A stretch of DNA of 64,000 nucleotides from Escherichia coli (GCA_029351405.1 GCA_029351405.1_4841.1), one strand, 5' to 3'. Shown: positions 53,747 to 63,196, counted from the stretch's first letter. Notes: generated by a model from the letters alone, not told the origin. Program-made: numbers and translations.

Positions 53747-54524
53747 TGTTCTTTTTCTCCCGTTCTTCTAATCTTTGTTTGAGGGCTTCCCAATCTGGTT
53801 CCATCGCACAGATATCATCTTCCAGATTGAATTGGGTTTTGCCAAAGTCCTGATCTGAATTGTCTTCGGCCTGCGCTGTTACCGTATTCTTAGCCTGCGC
53901 CATGTATTGAAGTATGCCTTTCGCAATCTTTTTATTCGATTCTGCGAGACGAGCCGCCTCCACCTTCTCTCGTTCCTTTTGCCTTTGAGCGTCCTTTTTG
54001 TTCTCAAAGTTGCCGATACGTTCACGGAAGTCCATGCCAATTCCTGTAGCATCAACAAAGACCTCTTGTTGGAAGTCGGGATCGTCTGCCAGGCCTGCGA
54101 ACCCACCCGCCTCTTCAAATGAGCGCAATTTAATGTACGTGTGCTCTTCTTCGATGTTCAGTTTACGAGCAAATGATCGATCAGCACACATGGTCACCCA
54201 AGAGAAGAAGTTGATCTTCCCTTTCTTTCCAATGTGTTCGACGTCAAATGTGTGGAGGTAGCGCAAGATGTTGACTATTGCTTCAGAGACCATGTCTTCA
54301 CGGAAGGGATAGTCGCGATAGTTGTAGCGGGTGCTCATCTTGGTGATGATGCGCTGGACCTGTAGAGCAACATAGTTGGGGATCTTTGGAAGCCTGGTGC
54401 CTTCAGCTAGAGCCTTCTTACGAGCAGGGATCCAATCACGCAGGATGCTGATGACACGCTCGTTATCTTCGTCTGTGAAATATTTGACGACATTCTCCCC
54501 TCTGTCCACGAAGTTCATTCCCAT
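53733..54524 (-). CDS. late-transcription sigma factor, gp55-like
   Basis: Segments MVSEAIVNILRYLHTFD and KINFFSWVTMCADRSFARK align by pattern with recalled T4 gp55 regions; sits next to gp47/gp46 as in T4. Confidence 0.7.
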   Translation of the reverse strand: MGMNFVDRGENVVKYFTDEDNERVISILRDWIPARKKALAEGTRLPKIPNYVALQVQRIITKMSTRYNYRDYPFREDMVSEAIVNILRYLHTFDVEHIGKKGKINFFSWVTMCADRSFARKLNIEEEHTYIKLRSFEEAGGFAGLADDPDFQQEVFVDATGIGMDFRERIGNFENKKDAQRQKEREKVEAARLAESNKKIAKGILQYMAQAKNTVTAQAEDNSDQDFGKTQFNLEDDICAMEPDWEALKQRLEEREKKNNGDC

Positions 54525-54535
54525 TATGATAGCCC

Positions 54536-55063
54536 TCAGATACCGATAAATTCATCAAAAGATCCAACAACCTTCTTCACCGAGATATTGTCATTCTCAA
54601 TCAGGAAGTTGCTGTCGTTTTTGGCTGCTGTGGCCCAGTCATCGGCAAGTTCGTTGCCTTCGTGCCCCGCATGACCCTTAACCCATTTTAGTTCAACATC
54701 ACAAATTGAACAAACGAGATCATAGATTCTGAACAGATCTTTGATGAGTTCAACGTTCTTTTCTGGAAACCCCTGATACTCCCACTTCGCTCGCCATTCG
54801 GTGACGCTCTTGATGGCATATTGGCTGTCAGACCAAATTGTTGCCTTTGGTATTCTGCGCTCACCCTTTCCTGAGAATGCCCACAGTAGCTTCAATGCGT
54901 TGGTCACACCCAACAACTCGGCGATATTGTTAGTGGACGGGGGAGGTAGATGACCGAAGAACACCTTCCATTGCATACCCGTTATTGGCCTGATGACAAA
55001 TGCCCATCCTGCGGCCTGGTTGGTCTTCGGGTTAGAACCCCCGTCAGAATAAATTTCTATCAT
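54536..55063 (-). CDS. rnhA: ribonuclease HI (cellular RnhA type)
   Basis: RNase H1 motifs IYSDGGSNP, GWAFV, TNNIAELLG, VKGHAGHEGNELAD; start at internal Met (MIEIYSDGG). Confidence 0.75.
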   Translation of the reverse strand: MIEIYSDGGSNPKTNQAAGWAFVIRPITGMQWKVFFGHLPPPSTNNIAELLGVTNALKLLWAFSGKGERRIPKATIWSDSQYAIKSVTEWRAKWEYQGFPEKNVELIKDLFRIYDLVCSICDVELKWVKGHAGHEGNELADDWATAAKNDSNFLIENDNISVKKVVGSFDEFIGI

Positions 55064-55065
55064 GA

Positions 55066-55073
55066 TATAAATA
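55066..55073 (+). promoter_or_regulatory. T4-type late promoter (TATAAATA)
   Basis: Exact TATAAATA about 35 nt upstream of ATG at 55109; AAGAGGA ribosome-binding site between; adjacent to divergent RNase HI start. Confidence 0.55.
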
Positions 55074-55108
55074 TCCCAAACTGGTTTTATAGAAAGAGGA
55101 ATGAAACT

Positions 55109-55876
55109 ATGGCACCCCGCGCATATCGTTTCAGTCTCACCGCCCCGCAGATTGAGCAATTGCTCCTCTCTATCTATGATGCTATCAAGTCAGAAGATAT
55201 CATCTATGATTATGCTGCAGGTGGGACTGCTGGACAAGTCGCAGCAGCGTCTGCTGTCAAGAACATGTGGTTGAAGCTCAACGAGATGGTGACAGGCCAA
55301 GGTCTCAAAGATGCCATCAACGATGCAGAAGACAGCAACGTGTTCACCGACTATTATAAGTCTTTACTGGATCGCGAAGGCTGGAAATTTATTGGATCTC
55401 CAGCAGATGAACTTCAGCGAGGCGACATCGATACCTCGAACTTCAAAGGTGGTGAGGTCATTCTACTTCAGAAGAACGCTTCGGGCAACCCAGAATTCCA
55501 ATACTGGAAGCGAACCCCTGTTGCTGGGGGTGATCCTACCTTTGCATGGGCTTCGGTCTATGAAGGGAACTCCAATGATTCCAGCATAGAGATTCCCGTG
55601 GTTGGCACCAGCGTACTCAAGGACATCCCCAAGGCACTCTTCCATATGATCGAGTTCAGAGTGCATGTCTACGATGAGACACTGGGTCATTGGCAAGACA
55701 CCGATGGGAAGGTAGGGTATCGTGGCGAGGATCTGATCTACAGTGTCTATAACCATATTCAGACCAAACCTCTCGCCACCATTGACTTCAGCCAAGATAC
55801 GGACAATATGACGGTTTCTGTGACGTCGTTGGAACCGAATGTCAAATGTCATCTGTCCTTCGTTGCGGGTTACTAA
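55109..55876 (+). CDS. late-expressed protein (probable virion component)
   Basis: 255 aa ORF downstream of late box; plus-strand gene in minus-strand block. Confidence 0.5.
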   Translation: MAPRAYRFSLTAPQIEQLLLSIYDAIKSEDIIYDYAAGGTAGQVAAASAVKNMWLKLNEMVTGQGLKDAINDAEDSNVFTDYYKSLLDREGWKFIGSPADELQRGDIDTSNFKGGEVILLQKNASGNPEFQYWKRTPVAGGDPTFAWASVYEGNSNDSSIEIPVVGTSVLKDIPKALFHMIEFRVHVYDETLGHWQDTDGKVGYRGEDLIYSVYNHIQTKPLATIDFSQDTDNMTVSVTSLEPNVKCHLSFVAGY

Positions 55877-57591
55877 ACCTCAAACACGGCATCAGTGAAC
55901 CAAGCGGGGAAGAACTCTGGGTTGCGCATCATCAGTGATTCAAAAGAAGAATCAAGGATGTACGTCGCAGCCCAGTCATTCACGCCCCTGACCGAACGCC
56001 CACACATCTGAACGATACGCAGTACCGCCATCCTGAAGTACGCCGATGGGTCCACACTGTTGACGTGGGCCACCAGAGGATCACCAAGGTAATCGTATGG
56101 CACCTTGATCAAGATCTGAAATCGACTATAATCGCCTTTGAAGTCATACCCCTCTTCCATGGCCGGACTGGCGATGACACAAGGCGTCTTCGTCCTGAAC
56201 GCGTGTTCCATGATGTCCATCAGAGCCTTACGGGTACGAGGAACGTGAATCATATTCCGGTACTTACTGAACTTTTGTAGAGCCAGGGCGCGGTCATAAC
56301 TCACGGTGTGGATGATACCAGACTGCCCAGGGTGGAATGCGATGATTTCATCCACGTATTCGGCCAGCTTCTTCATCTCATAGTCACCCATGTTCGCCGT
56401 CATCTTCATGATGGGCATGTAGTTGACTTTCCGGTTCTCAATCGGGATAGGATTGCCGATCTGTATCTTGTGGTACTCACCCTCACGGATACCCAGTGAC
56501 CGGGCGTACGAGTCAATCCCACAAATGGTCGCCGACATGTGAACGTGGTAGTCACCCTTGCGGAACAGACCGAACTGGGATACATCAGAGGCGATGACAG
56601 GCTTGAACTGAATCATACCCTTGTCCTTCTCCTGTACGATGAAAGTGCTGGCGTTGGTCTGCCCCATGATACCACAGTAGTCGCTGAGGTTGTGAAGAGT
56701 ATCAATAATATCAGACAGCTTCATCACCTGGGCTTCAGTCAGGCGCTCGTCTTCTACCAGTTCCTCAAGAGTTTCCAGCAGGGATTCAACCTTGCCGTGT
56801 AGTTCATCAAATATCGCATGCATCTCACCAGACAGGGAATACAGCTTGCCCAATTCATAGTTCTCTGTGCGCCTGATGATATCCTTGATGGTCTCCACGA
56901 TAGGCACTCCCTCGGGGATCGTAAGCAGCCCTTCCACAGCCTTTGTGCTGTATTCCATGATAGTATGCTCTAGGAGCGTAGAGGGCATTTTATGACACTC
57001 GTCAAGGATCAGCATATCGGCGCGGTTTTCCGGCTTCATACAGATCGTCGTGCACATCTCCACCATCATGGCGGCGTTGGTGCAGCGCAAGGAGGAGACG
57101 TCGGTCCACTGTCGACGCGCCTGAACATATGGGCAACGATTCTTACTACAGTGGCCATCACGGCATGCCATACGACACTGAATGGCGTTGTAGTATAGGT
57201 CGGGACTGATGTGGCAACGATAGTTCTTCTTGCCCTTCAGGATGTCTATCGCCACGGCTTTCTCTGCTGCATACTGATCCTGTAAACCTTTGGTCGGCGT
57301 CGTGATAGACGTGCGAAACTGACCATACGGGTTGTGCTCAAGAACCAAATGGCGAAGCACGTTATGGATGGTAGTGCCGATGAGGGATTTACCCACACCA
57401 GTCGGAGCCTCGATGATCACGTGTTTGAATTTCTTATTCACAAGGGCATCAATGGCTTCAACGATGCACTCCATCTGGCCGGGGTTGGCGGTGTCATACG
57501 GGAAGAACTCAGTGGCAAGAGACTTGATGCGGTCTATGCTGACTGGTCCGACGCCGTCAAGCGCCTTGGTATATTGGTTGAATGCTGTCAC
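55873..57591 (-). CDS. DinG/XPD-like ATP-dependent helicase with Fe-S cluster domain
   Basis: Walker A APTGVGKS, DEAH-type LILDECH, four-Cys cluster (C-x8-C-x3-C-x4-C region YRCHISPDLYYNAIQCRMACRDGHC); GTG start with GGAGG ribosome-binding site. Confidence 0.7.
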   Translation of the reverse strand: MTAFNQYTKALDGVGPVSIDRIKSLATEFFPYDTANPGQMECIVEAIDALVNKKFKHVIIEAPTGVGKSLIGTTIHNVLRHLVLEHNPYGQFRTSITTPTKGLQDQYAAEKAVAIDILKGKKNYRCHISPDLYYNAIQCRMACRDGHCSKNRCPYVQARRQWTDVSSLRCTNAAMMVEMCTTICMKPENRADMLILDECHKMPSTLLEHTIMEYSTKAVEGLLTIPEGVPIVETIKDIIRRTENYELGKLYSLSGEMHAIFDELHGKVESLLETLEELVEDERLTEAQVMKLSDIIDTLHNLSDYCGIMGQTNASTFIVQEKDKGMIQFKPVIASDVSQFGLFRKGDYHVHMSATICGIDSYARSLGIREGEYHKIQIGNPIPIENRKVNYMPIMKMTANMGDYEMKKLAEYVDEIIAFHPGQSGIIHTVSYDRALALQKFSKYRNMIHVPRTRKALMDIMEHAFRTKTPCVIASPAMEEGYDFKGDYSRFQILIKVPYDYLGDPLVAHVNSVDPSAYFRMAVLRIVQMCGRSVRGVNDWAATYILDSSFESLMMRNPEFFPAWFTDAVFEV

Positions 57592-57640
57592 TTTCTTCCT
57601 CCTATGGGATTCGCCTATAGTTTACCCGATCCCCAAGAAC

Positions 57641-57677
57641 GAAAAAGCCGGAGTACAATGCTCCGGCTTTCTCTTTT
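57641..57677. terminator. bidirectional rho-independent terminator
   Basis: AGCCGGAG-loop-CTCCGGCT hairpin flanked by A-tract upstream and T-tract downstream on plus strand; about 43 nt after HU-like gene stop. Confidence 0.55.
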
Positions 57678-57719
57678 GCCATGCCCTGATTACAGAGCCT
57701 GGCCGCGCGTCAGATAGAA

Positions 57720-57998
57720 TTACTTGCCGTTGGCAGCGTTCTTCAGACCTTCGCCCACTTTGAATTTCACAACGTTTTTCGCCGCGATCTGAATGGTCTG
57801 GCCGTTCAGAGGGTTGCGACCTTCACGCGCTTCTTGGTGTTTCACTTCGAACGCACCGAAGCCGACCAGCTGTACAGATGCGCCTGCAGCAACTGCAGTC
57901 TTAACACCGTCGATAAAGGATGCCACTACTTTCTCCGCTTCGCCTTTGGTGATATTCTGGGTCGAAGCAATGTGGGCAACAAATTCAGTACGATTCAT
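57720..57998 (-). CDS. HU/IHF-family DNA-binding protein
   Basis: 92 aa with HU signature (GFGAFEVKHQEAREGRNPLNGQTIQI). Confidence 0.8.
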   Translation of the reverse strand: MNRTEFVAHIASTQNITKGEAEKVVASFIDGVKTAVAAGASVQLVGFGAFEVKHQEAREGRNPLNGQTIQIAAKNVVKFKVGEGLKNAANGK

Positions 57999-58091
57999 CT
58001 AGATTTCTCCGTTGGGTTAATGTTTACTTTCATGTTCACTACAAGAGGACTACAGCTTACCTAACAAAACATATTGAATAAAGCGAAATTA

Positions 58092-58340
58092 TTAGCCTTT
58101 CACCACGTCTTCAGTCGTTATCGTGCCATAACATCCACAGCGTTCACAAATCACTCTGACGCAAGGCTTAAAAGTCTGAATATTAGACACAGGAACGTTC
58201 ACCGCCTTTGAAGAAACCTGCATTTCGCGGACTTTAACCCGTTGTTCGGCCAGGCGCTCATCGTCCAAGAAGGTGATCGTCTTGTGAGGACAACGCATTG
58301 ACGATTCACCAACCCAGATTATTGCCATGTTGGGACTCAT
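58092..58340 (-). CDS. small zinc-ribbon-like protein
   Basis: 82 aa, CPH ... CVRVICERCGC cysteine pattern. Confidence 0.4.
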   Translation of the reverse strand: MSPNMAIIWVGESSMRCPHKTITFLDDERLAEQRVKVREMQVSSKAVNVPVSNIQTFKPCVRVICERCGCYGTITTEDVVKG

Positions 58341-58615
58341 GATTTGACCTCCGATTTGGAGATTAACGATTCCATCTCCTGACGACCAATGACAGTCTCA
58401 ACTTTGTCTTCTTCAACCATCATTTCATTCAGAAGATCGTACCCCAGGACTTGTACACCAAAAGACTTTTTGTTCAGTTCTGCCTCAATATTGAGAACTC
58501 GCTGAACCGTCAGGCCACCGGAAGAGGACGGTACTGGATAGAAGGCGGAACGCACTTGAACACACCCATTTACGCTGTAACGAACCAGCAAGACATCACA
58601 CCATACACCAGCCAT
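58337..58615 (-). CDS. hypothetical protein
   Basis: 92 aa ORF overlapping neighbour. Confidence 0.4.
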   Translation of the reverse strand: MAGVWCDVLLVRYSVNGCVQVRSAFYPVPSSSGGLTVQRVLNIEAELNKKSFGVQVLGYDLLNEMMVEEDKVETVIGRQEMESLISKSEVKS

Positions 58616-58616
58616 G

Positions 58617-59279
58617 TTACACCTCCACCGCGTGAGACTTCAGGAGTTCATCAATCTCTTTCTGTCCCATGTATGAGAACGGGGTGCGCTGGTAGAACGC
58701 CCAGAGTACTAACTGGACAACAGCACGGGAACGGGTTTCGGCCGTCATCACCAGGCCACTGAAATGAGGAGACTCAGCTGTCCATTGTATCTCTTCGCCC
58801 AGGTCTTGATTACAGGTCACCGAGATGCGGAACTTGTTGCACAGATTGTCGACTTCTTTGTACGCATCGGTAGACACACGAAGTTGTTCCGCATGTGCCC
58901 ACGGAGTTGTGACGATTCTTTCACCCATCACTTTATCAGAGATAAACCAATCAATACATTCGGTAAACTCACTAAAATGGTCGATACGATAAATGCAGTC
59001 TCCCCCTTCCATAGAACGCATGGCATGATAGCGAGCGTCGATTTCGTTGTTGTGCATCGCGTTGAAGTCGATGAACACGCGACGCGCCAGCACAACATCT
59101 TCTGGTTGAAGTGCCAGGAAATCGTTCAGGCGGCTATAATGGAGGACATTGGAACCGTCGTGGCCACGTGTGCAATATGCGTAATGGCTACCGATACGGG
59201 CGTGGGCAATATAAGACAACGGGGCGAAGAATAATCCGTCAGGATCAGGACCGACGATAATAGAATAAAGTTTTTCCAT
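58617..59279 (-). CDS. hypothetical protein
   Basis: Start at Met inside ACTATATCATG cassette; no motif. Confidence 0.45.
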   Translation of the reverse strand: MEKLYSIIVGPDPDGLFFAPLSYIAHARIGSHYAYCTRGHDGSNVLHYSRLNDFLALQPEDVVLARRVFIDFNAMHNNEIDARYHAMRSMEGGDCIYRIDHFSEFTECIDWFISDKVMGERIVTTPWAHAEQLRVSTDAYKEVDNLCNKFRISVTCNQDLGEEIQWTAESPHFSGLVMTAETRSRAVVQLVLWAFYQRTPFSYMGQKEIDELLKSHAVEV

Positions 59280-59335
59280 GATATAGTCACTCAAATGAAA
59301 GGGCAGCTTTATGATAAGCCGCCCGAGGTTATTGA

Positions 59336-60205
59336 TTATTGGAAATCGCCAACATACATGTTCAGCTTGTCGTCCCAATTCAGAACGACACGGATCGTTC
59401 CGGTATCTTCTGGGAAGGTCAGTTTGTCACACATGGCGCGATTAACATAAGTCCCGCTCTGGTTGACGTTGTAGTCCTTGCCTTGCATGATACCAAAACG
59501 CTTGAAGTCGCGAGTGACCATCATGTTCAACGTGGTCCACGGAATGATGTCACGCAAGGCTTTGCACAGGACGATCTTGCCATCCGACCTGAACGACACA
59601 AACAGCTCGTTGGCGATACGACGGCGAGTAGGCGGTTCAAGTTCACGCAGGGAAATGAATTGTGAATTCTTTACCTTTTCTGCCAGCGCCTGTACTTCTG
59701 CTGGATCCGGCTTGAACGGCTCCACTGAAGAGTCAGACTTCATCACAACATCACCCTTGCGCTTCTCAACCAATTGCTTCACAGCCTTTTGACTCACGGG
59801 CGGGAGGTATTTGGACTTAGGAACAACCGCTGGCTTGATGACAGGGCTTGCATCTGGTTTCGCCTTTGGGGTACTCCGAGCCGCACGCAGCTTTTCCTGG
59901 GCTTGTAGAATGCGCTCTTGACGAGAAAGCGGAGCCTTTGGGGTGATCTTCGTACTGAAGTCAGAAACTCCGACCCAGTCACCCTGGTCGTTGCGCTTGG
60001 CGACCAGAGTCAGTTTGTGGATGATACCCTGAAGTTTGCTCTCACGTAAGTTGTCGGCATACCAGAACTTCGCGCCCATCTCGAACTTCTCGGCGAAGAT
60101 CACGCGAGCGTCTTCGTGTACCAACATAACTTTGGCTGCGTTGGGGGCAAAAGCCTTATTCTTTTCGATAATCGCCGCAGCGATTGTTTTGGTCAGGAGC
60201 ATCAC
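59336..60205 (-). CDS. hypothetical protein
   Basis: 289 aa ORF with Pro/Lys-rich linker. Confidence 0.45.
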   Translation of the reverse strand: MMLLTKTIAAAIIEKNKAFAPNAAKVMLVHEDARVIFAEKFEMGAKFWYADNLRESKLQGIIHKLTLVAKRNDQGDWVGVSDFSTKITPKAPLSRQERILQAQEKLRAARSTPKAKPDASPVIKPAVVPKSKYLPPVSQKAVKQLVEKRKGDVVMKSDSSVEPFKPDPAEVQALAEKVKNSQFISLRELEPPTRRRIANELFVSFRSDGKIVLCKALRDIIPWTTLNMMVTRDFKRFGIMQGKDYNVNQSGTYVNRAMCDKLTFPEDTGTIRVVLNWDDKLNMYVGDFQ

Positions 60206-60241
60206 AGTGTATTCCTTCAGTTCACAATGTAGGGCTAAATT

Positions 60242-60571
60242 TTAACCCGAAACTTTATTTTGAAATCCGACAAAGTCCTGGGCAATTCCCCGGCAATACA
60301 TCAGGTCTTTCTTCGTTTGTGCACTGTTGTCAGCCGCAGTCAGCATCATGGGAAGGTCCAGCGCATTCTCTATCTGATCAACACTGAACAGATCAAGGCG
60401 CTTCAGCTCTCCCTCGAAGTCAGACAGTAGGATAGATGTGTCTTTGTCATCTGGGTGGAACTGCTGATACGTCTCCATCCATGCCACACATGTGTTCAGT
60501 TTGGACGGTGGCGCAGCGTTTACACACCCGGCTATCAGTACCAACAAGAGCAGGATTTTACATTTCATCAC
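60242..60571 (-). CDS. lipoprotein
   Basis: Signal peptide with lipobox (MKCKILLLLVLIAGC). Confidence 0.55.
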   Translation of the reverse strand: MMKCKILLLLVLIAGCVNAAPPSKLNTCVAWMETYQQFHPDDKDTSILLSDFEGELKRLDLFSVDQIENALDLPMMLTAADNSAQTKKDLMYCRGIAQDFVGFQNKVSG

Positions 60572-61254
60572 TCGTTCTCCTTCATCATATTGTCGCAGTC
60601 AACGCGAGTCTGCTGGAGTTCGCGTGACATGCGAGGATCATCAAGGTTCACGCTCAGATTCGTGGCCAGGTCTTTCAGACCGTTCTGAACCCTGTCTTCA
60701 AAGTAATAATCGTTCTCAACCAACCAGGCTCTGAGACCGAGAGCGCGAGTGCGCCATTCCTTCTTCAGGACGCGATCAGAGGTCTGCGTAGCGCTGTATT
60801 CGAATACTTTGATGCACTGGTTGCCATCGTTGATAAGGTTCAGGTGGCGGCGACCAACCTGCACACCCTTCTGTAATGCCGGAGAAGGGAGCGAACGACA
60901 CTGTCTTACGGTCATTCGGCCTTGGGTGCCCATACGCCCAGTCATGATTAAATCGCCAGCCTCCATGCCTCCACGGTTAAATTCGTCGTCATTGAGGTAG
61001 CCCTTGAGGTTATAGGCTCCCTGTTTGTAACGGTTGAACTCAATTCCGGCATTGACGACAGCAGTGGAGACGTTGCCTGTGTTCCAGAGTTCAGCGAAGT
61101 TCTCTATGGAACCAGACTTGTCGATGGCAACCGCCTGGGAGAACCCAGCACAATAGGAAAGGTCGGACCACAGTTTATCACCTGTGGAGTTCAGATTGGC
61201 AGCGGCGGGTAATGCCAGACCAGCCAGCACAACCCCGAGGATTAAACGTTTCAT
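60568..61254 (-). CDS. exported (periplasmic) protein
   Basis: Start at Met with AAGGAG ribosome-binding site; cleavable signal peptide MKRLILGVVLAGLALPAAA. Confidence 0.5.
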   Translation of the reverse strand: MKRLILGVVLAGLALPAAANLNSTGDKLWSDLSYCAGFSQAVAIDKSGSIENFAELWNTGNVSTAVVNAGIEFNRYKQGAYNLKGYLNDDEFNRGGMEAGDLIMTGRMGTQGRMTVRQCRSLPSPALQKGVQVGRRHLNLINDGNQCIKVFEYSATQTSDRVLKKEWRTRALGLRAWLVENDYYFEDRVQNGLKDLATNLSVNLDDPRMSRELQQTRVDCDNMMKENE

Positions 61255-61333
61255 GGTGATTCTCCTTATTTCATTGGATGAAATGATAGGCGGCTCACCA
61301 TGTTGAGTAAAGGGTTTCAATAAACTATCGTAT

Positions 61334-61783
61334 TCAGAAACGGGTATCGCTGACCGTTCTGTATCGCACACCCTGAAACTGTTTAGCGAGTTTAACAAAT
61401 TCCATCGCTGGTAAATCAACTTTGTAGACCTTCATGCGCTGTTTGCCGTCCATGTTCAACGCAGCGACAAATCGGTGTGAGCCGTCAACAACGTAATTGT
61501 CAGAAGACACCCAAACCCGACCCATAGGTTTCTTATTTCTGATGTTCTTCATGATCTTCCAGACCTTCATCTTGTTGATTTCGTTCTGGGTAAGACGAAG
61601 CATTTTGATGGGCACTTGCGCAGCATCTATGGACACGCCGTTGTCTTCAAGATATTTGTGAAAATCTTCTTGTTTGTCGGCATCGATTTGCGGCATAGAA
61701 GAACGAGAAAGCCCGAGGTTCCCAACAGGAATCCTCAGGCCGTTAATGATGTTCAACCAGTCAATAAAAGATGTAAGGAACAT
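61334..61783 (-). CDS. ParB/Srx-like nuclease-domain protein (putative)
   Basis: DGSHRFVAA motif resembling the DG-x-HR signature of ParB N-terminal / sulfiredoxin-fold domains. Confidence 0.4.
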   Translation of the reverse strand: MFLTSFIDWLNIINGLRIPVGNLGLSRSSMPQIDADKQEDFHKYLEDNGVSIDAAQVPIKMLRLTQNEINKMKVWKIMKNIRNKKPMGRVWVSSDNYVVDGSHRFVAALNMDGKQRMKVYKVDLPAMEFVKLAKQFQGVRYRTVSDTRF

Positions 61784-61815
61784 GACACACCTCGGGATAT
61801 AGGGTTATCCCTTAG

Positions 61816-62007
61816 TTAGCGCATCCATCGATCCTTTCTCTCTTTCTCCTTGCGTTCGCGACGTTTCTGGTCGGATCGGAATAACCAATAGAAGAAGTTC
61901 CCACCCAAGATGAAAACCACCGCGATTATTACTAGGACACCCTTCACAATTTCCCAAACCAATTCTTTATCCAAATTACACCTCGTCTTCTTCAGGTCCA
62001 CCGTCAA
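61816..62007 (-). CDS. small membrane protein
   Basis: 63 aa, one TM helix (VLVIIAVVFILGGNFFYWLF) then basic tail. Confidence 0.35.
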   Translation of the reverse strand: MTVDLKKTRCNLDKELVWEIVKGVLVIIAVVFILGGNFFYWLFRSDQKRRERKEKERKDRWMR

Positions 62008-62263
62008 TCAGGATACGAGCGGTGTCGAAAGTTTCCCCACCCGTGTTCAACAGCTTGGTTAGATCATCAAGAGTACCGACAGGACCAAGATCAGCCTGGC
62101 GGAGAACGAACTCTAGAAGCCCGTAGAGCGCTGATTGGAAACGGGAGTTGTCGATATCGTTCTTGACTTCCATCAGGCGGACAACATTGGCAGACTGGAC
62201 ATAACTCAGCTGAGTCTTACCTTTTGCCATGTCTTTCACGGAACGGCGTTGTTCAGGCGTCAT
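61976..62263 (-). CDS. hypothetical protein
   Basis: 95 aa ORF. Confidence 0.4.
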   Translation of the reverse strand: MTPEQRRSVKDMAKGKTQLSYVQSANVVRLMEVKNDIDNSRFQSALYGLLEFVLRQADLGPVGTLDDLTKLLNTGGETFDTARILIDGGPEEDEV

Positions 62264-62637
62264 AATGTTCCACCCCCGACAGAGATCAAGAACTCTTCTT
62301 GCATGGTCTTGACCGGGTGGTGGTTTCGGATTTCGATCATGAAGCCCCAGCCGCCGTCGGCGACGTTGCCAAAGGTCTTGACGCCAAAGGACTTCGTCCC
62401 GTTGGAGCAGGAATAGATGTCCAGGACGTATGGGCTACCCTGATTGTCGATCCCACGATTCACGTCTTCTGATACGCAGCGCTCAATCATCTTCCCGTTC
62501 TTATACAGAACGAGGTCTTGGCCATACGCCTTGAAAGCATAAACACCGTTGGTAGACACTCCGGTGATGACAGGAGGGGCGGAAACAGCAGCAAAGGAAG
62601 CGCCTAGCAGGGCAACAGCGAGGATTAACTTTTTCAT
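62260..62637 (-). CDS. exported small protein
   Basis: Start at Met in AGAGACTATATCATG cassette; signal peptide MKKLILAVALLGASFAAVSA. Confidence 0.5.
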   Translation of the reverse strand: MKKLILAVALLGASFAAVSAPPVITGVSTNGVYAFKAYGQDLVLYKNGKMIERCVSEDVNRGIDNQGSPYVLDIYSCSNGTKSFGVKTFGNVADGGWGFMIEIRNHHPVKTMQEEFLISVGGGTL

Positions 62638-62655
62638 GATATAGTCTCTTGGTTT

Positions 62656-62677
62656 CAAATGGGCGGGGTATGATTAC
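62656..62677 (-). promoter_or_regulatory. GC-clamped hairpin (GGCGGGG-loop-CCCCGCC) upstream of initiation cassette
   Basis: Perfect 7-bp stem with 8-nt loop immediately 5' of TTGAAA-N3-AGAGACTATATCATG. Confidence 0.4.
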
Positions 62678-62689
62678 CCCGCCGTGGGT

Positions 62690-63196
62690 TTATAGAGTAA
62701 CAAGTGATACGGTAAAAACCATCGTCCCGTCTGTTGCCATTTTTCTTGAAACTGGTATGACGCGAGGCTGGCAGAATATCCATTCTTTCTCCATGGACGC
62801 CAAGTCCAGCATATCCATTTCTGATTCATCGCCTTTGTTCACAAATTTTTCTAGAGAACCATAGACATTAAGCCCCTCCGGGAGTCCGTTTCGATGTTTG
62901 TAACAAATGCGGGCAACAGCTTTGGTTCCGTACGATTTAGAAAATTGTTTGGCCACATGCTTCAGTTCACTGAAGCTAAGACAAGAATCCCATGTCTGGA
63001 ACATGTCGCCTCGTTCAAACATCATCTCTAAACGCGCAACGTCCTCTTTAGGCAGCCCGCGATAAAGTGTGGTCGTCTGTGGTTCGCGTAATTCTTGCAC
63101 CAGATCACGGACGGCAGGGGAAACAGTACCGGGGCGCATTATGTGGGACTTATCATGGACGAGGTAAAATAAATCTTGAATTTGTTGATCGGTCAT
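62690..63196 (-). CDS. hypothetical protein
   Basis: Start at Met in AGGAACTATACCATG cassette; no motif. Confidence 0.45.
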   Translation of the reverse strand: MTDQQIQDLFYLVHDKSHIMRPGTVSPAVRDLVQELREPQTTTLYRGLPKEDVARLEMMFERGDMFQTWDSCLSFSELKHVAKQFSKSYGTKAVARICYKHRNGLPEGLNVYGSLEKFVNKGDESEMDMLDLASMEKEWIFCQPRVIPVSRKMATDGTMVFTVSLVTL

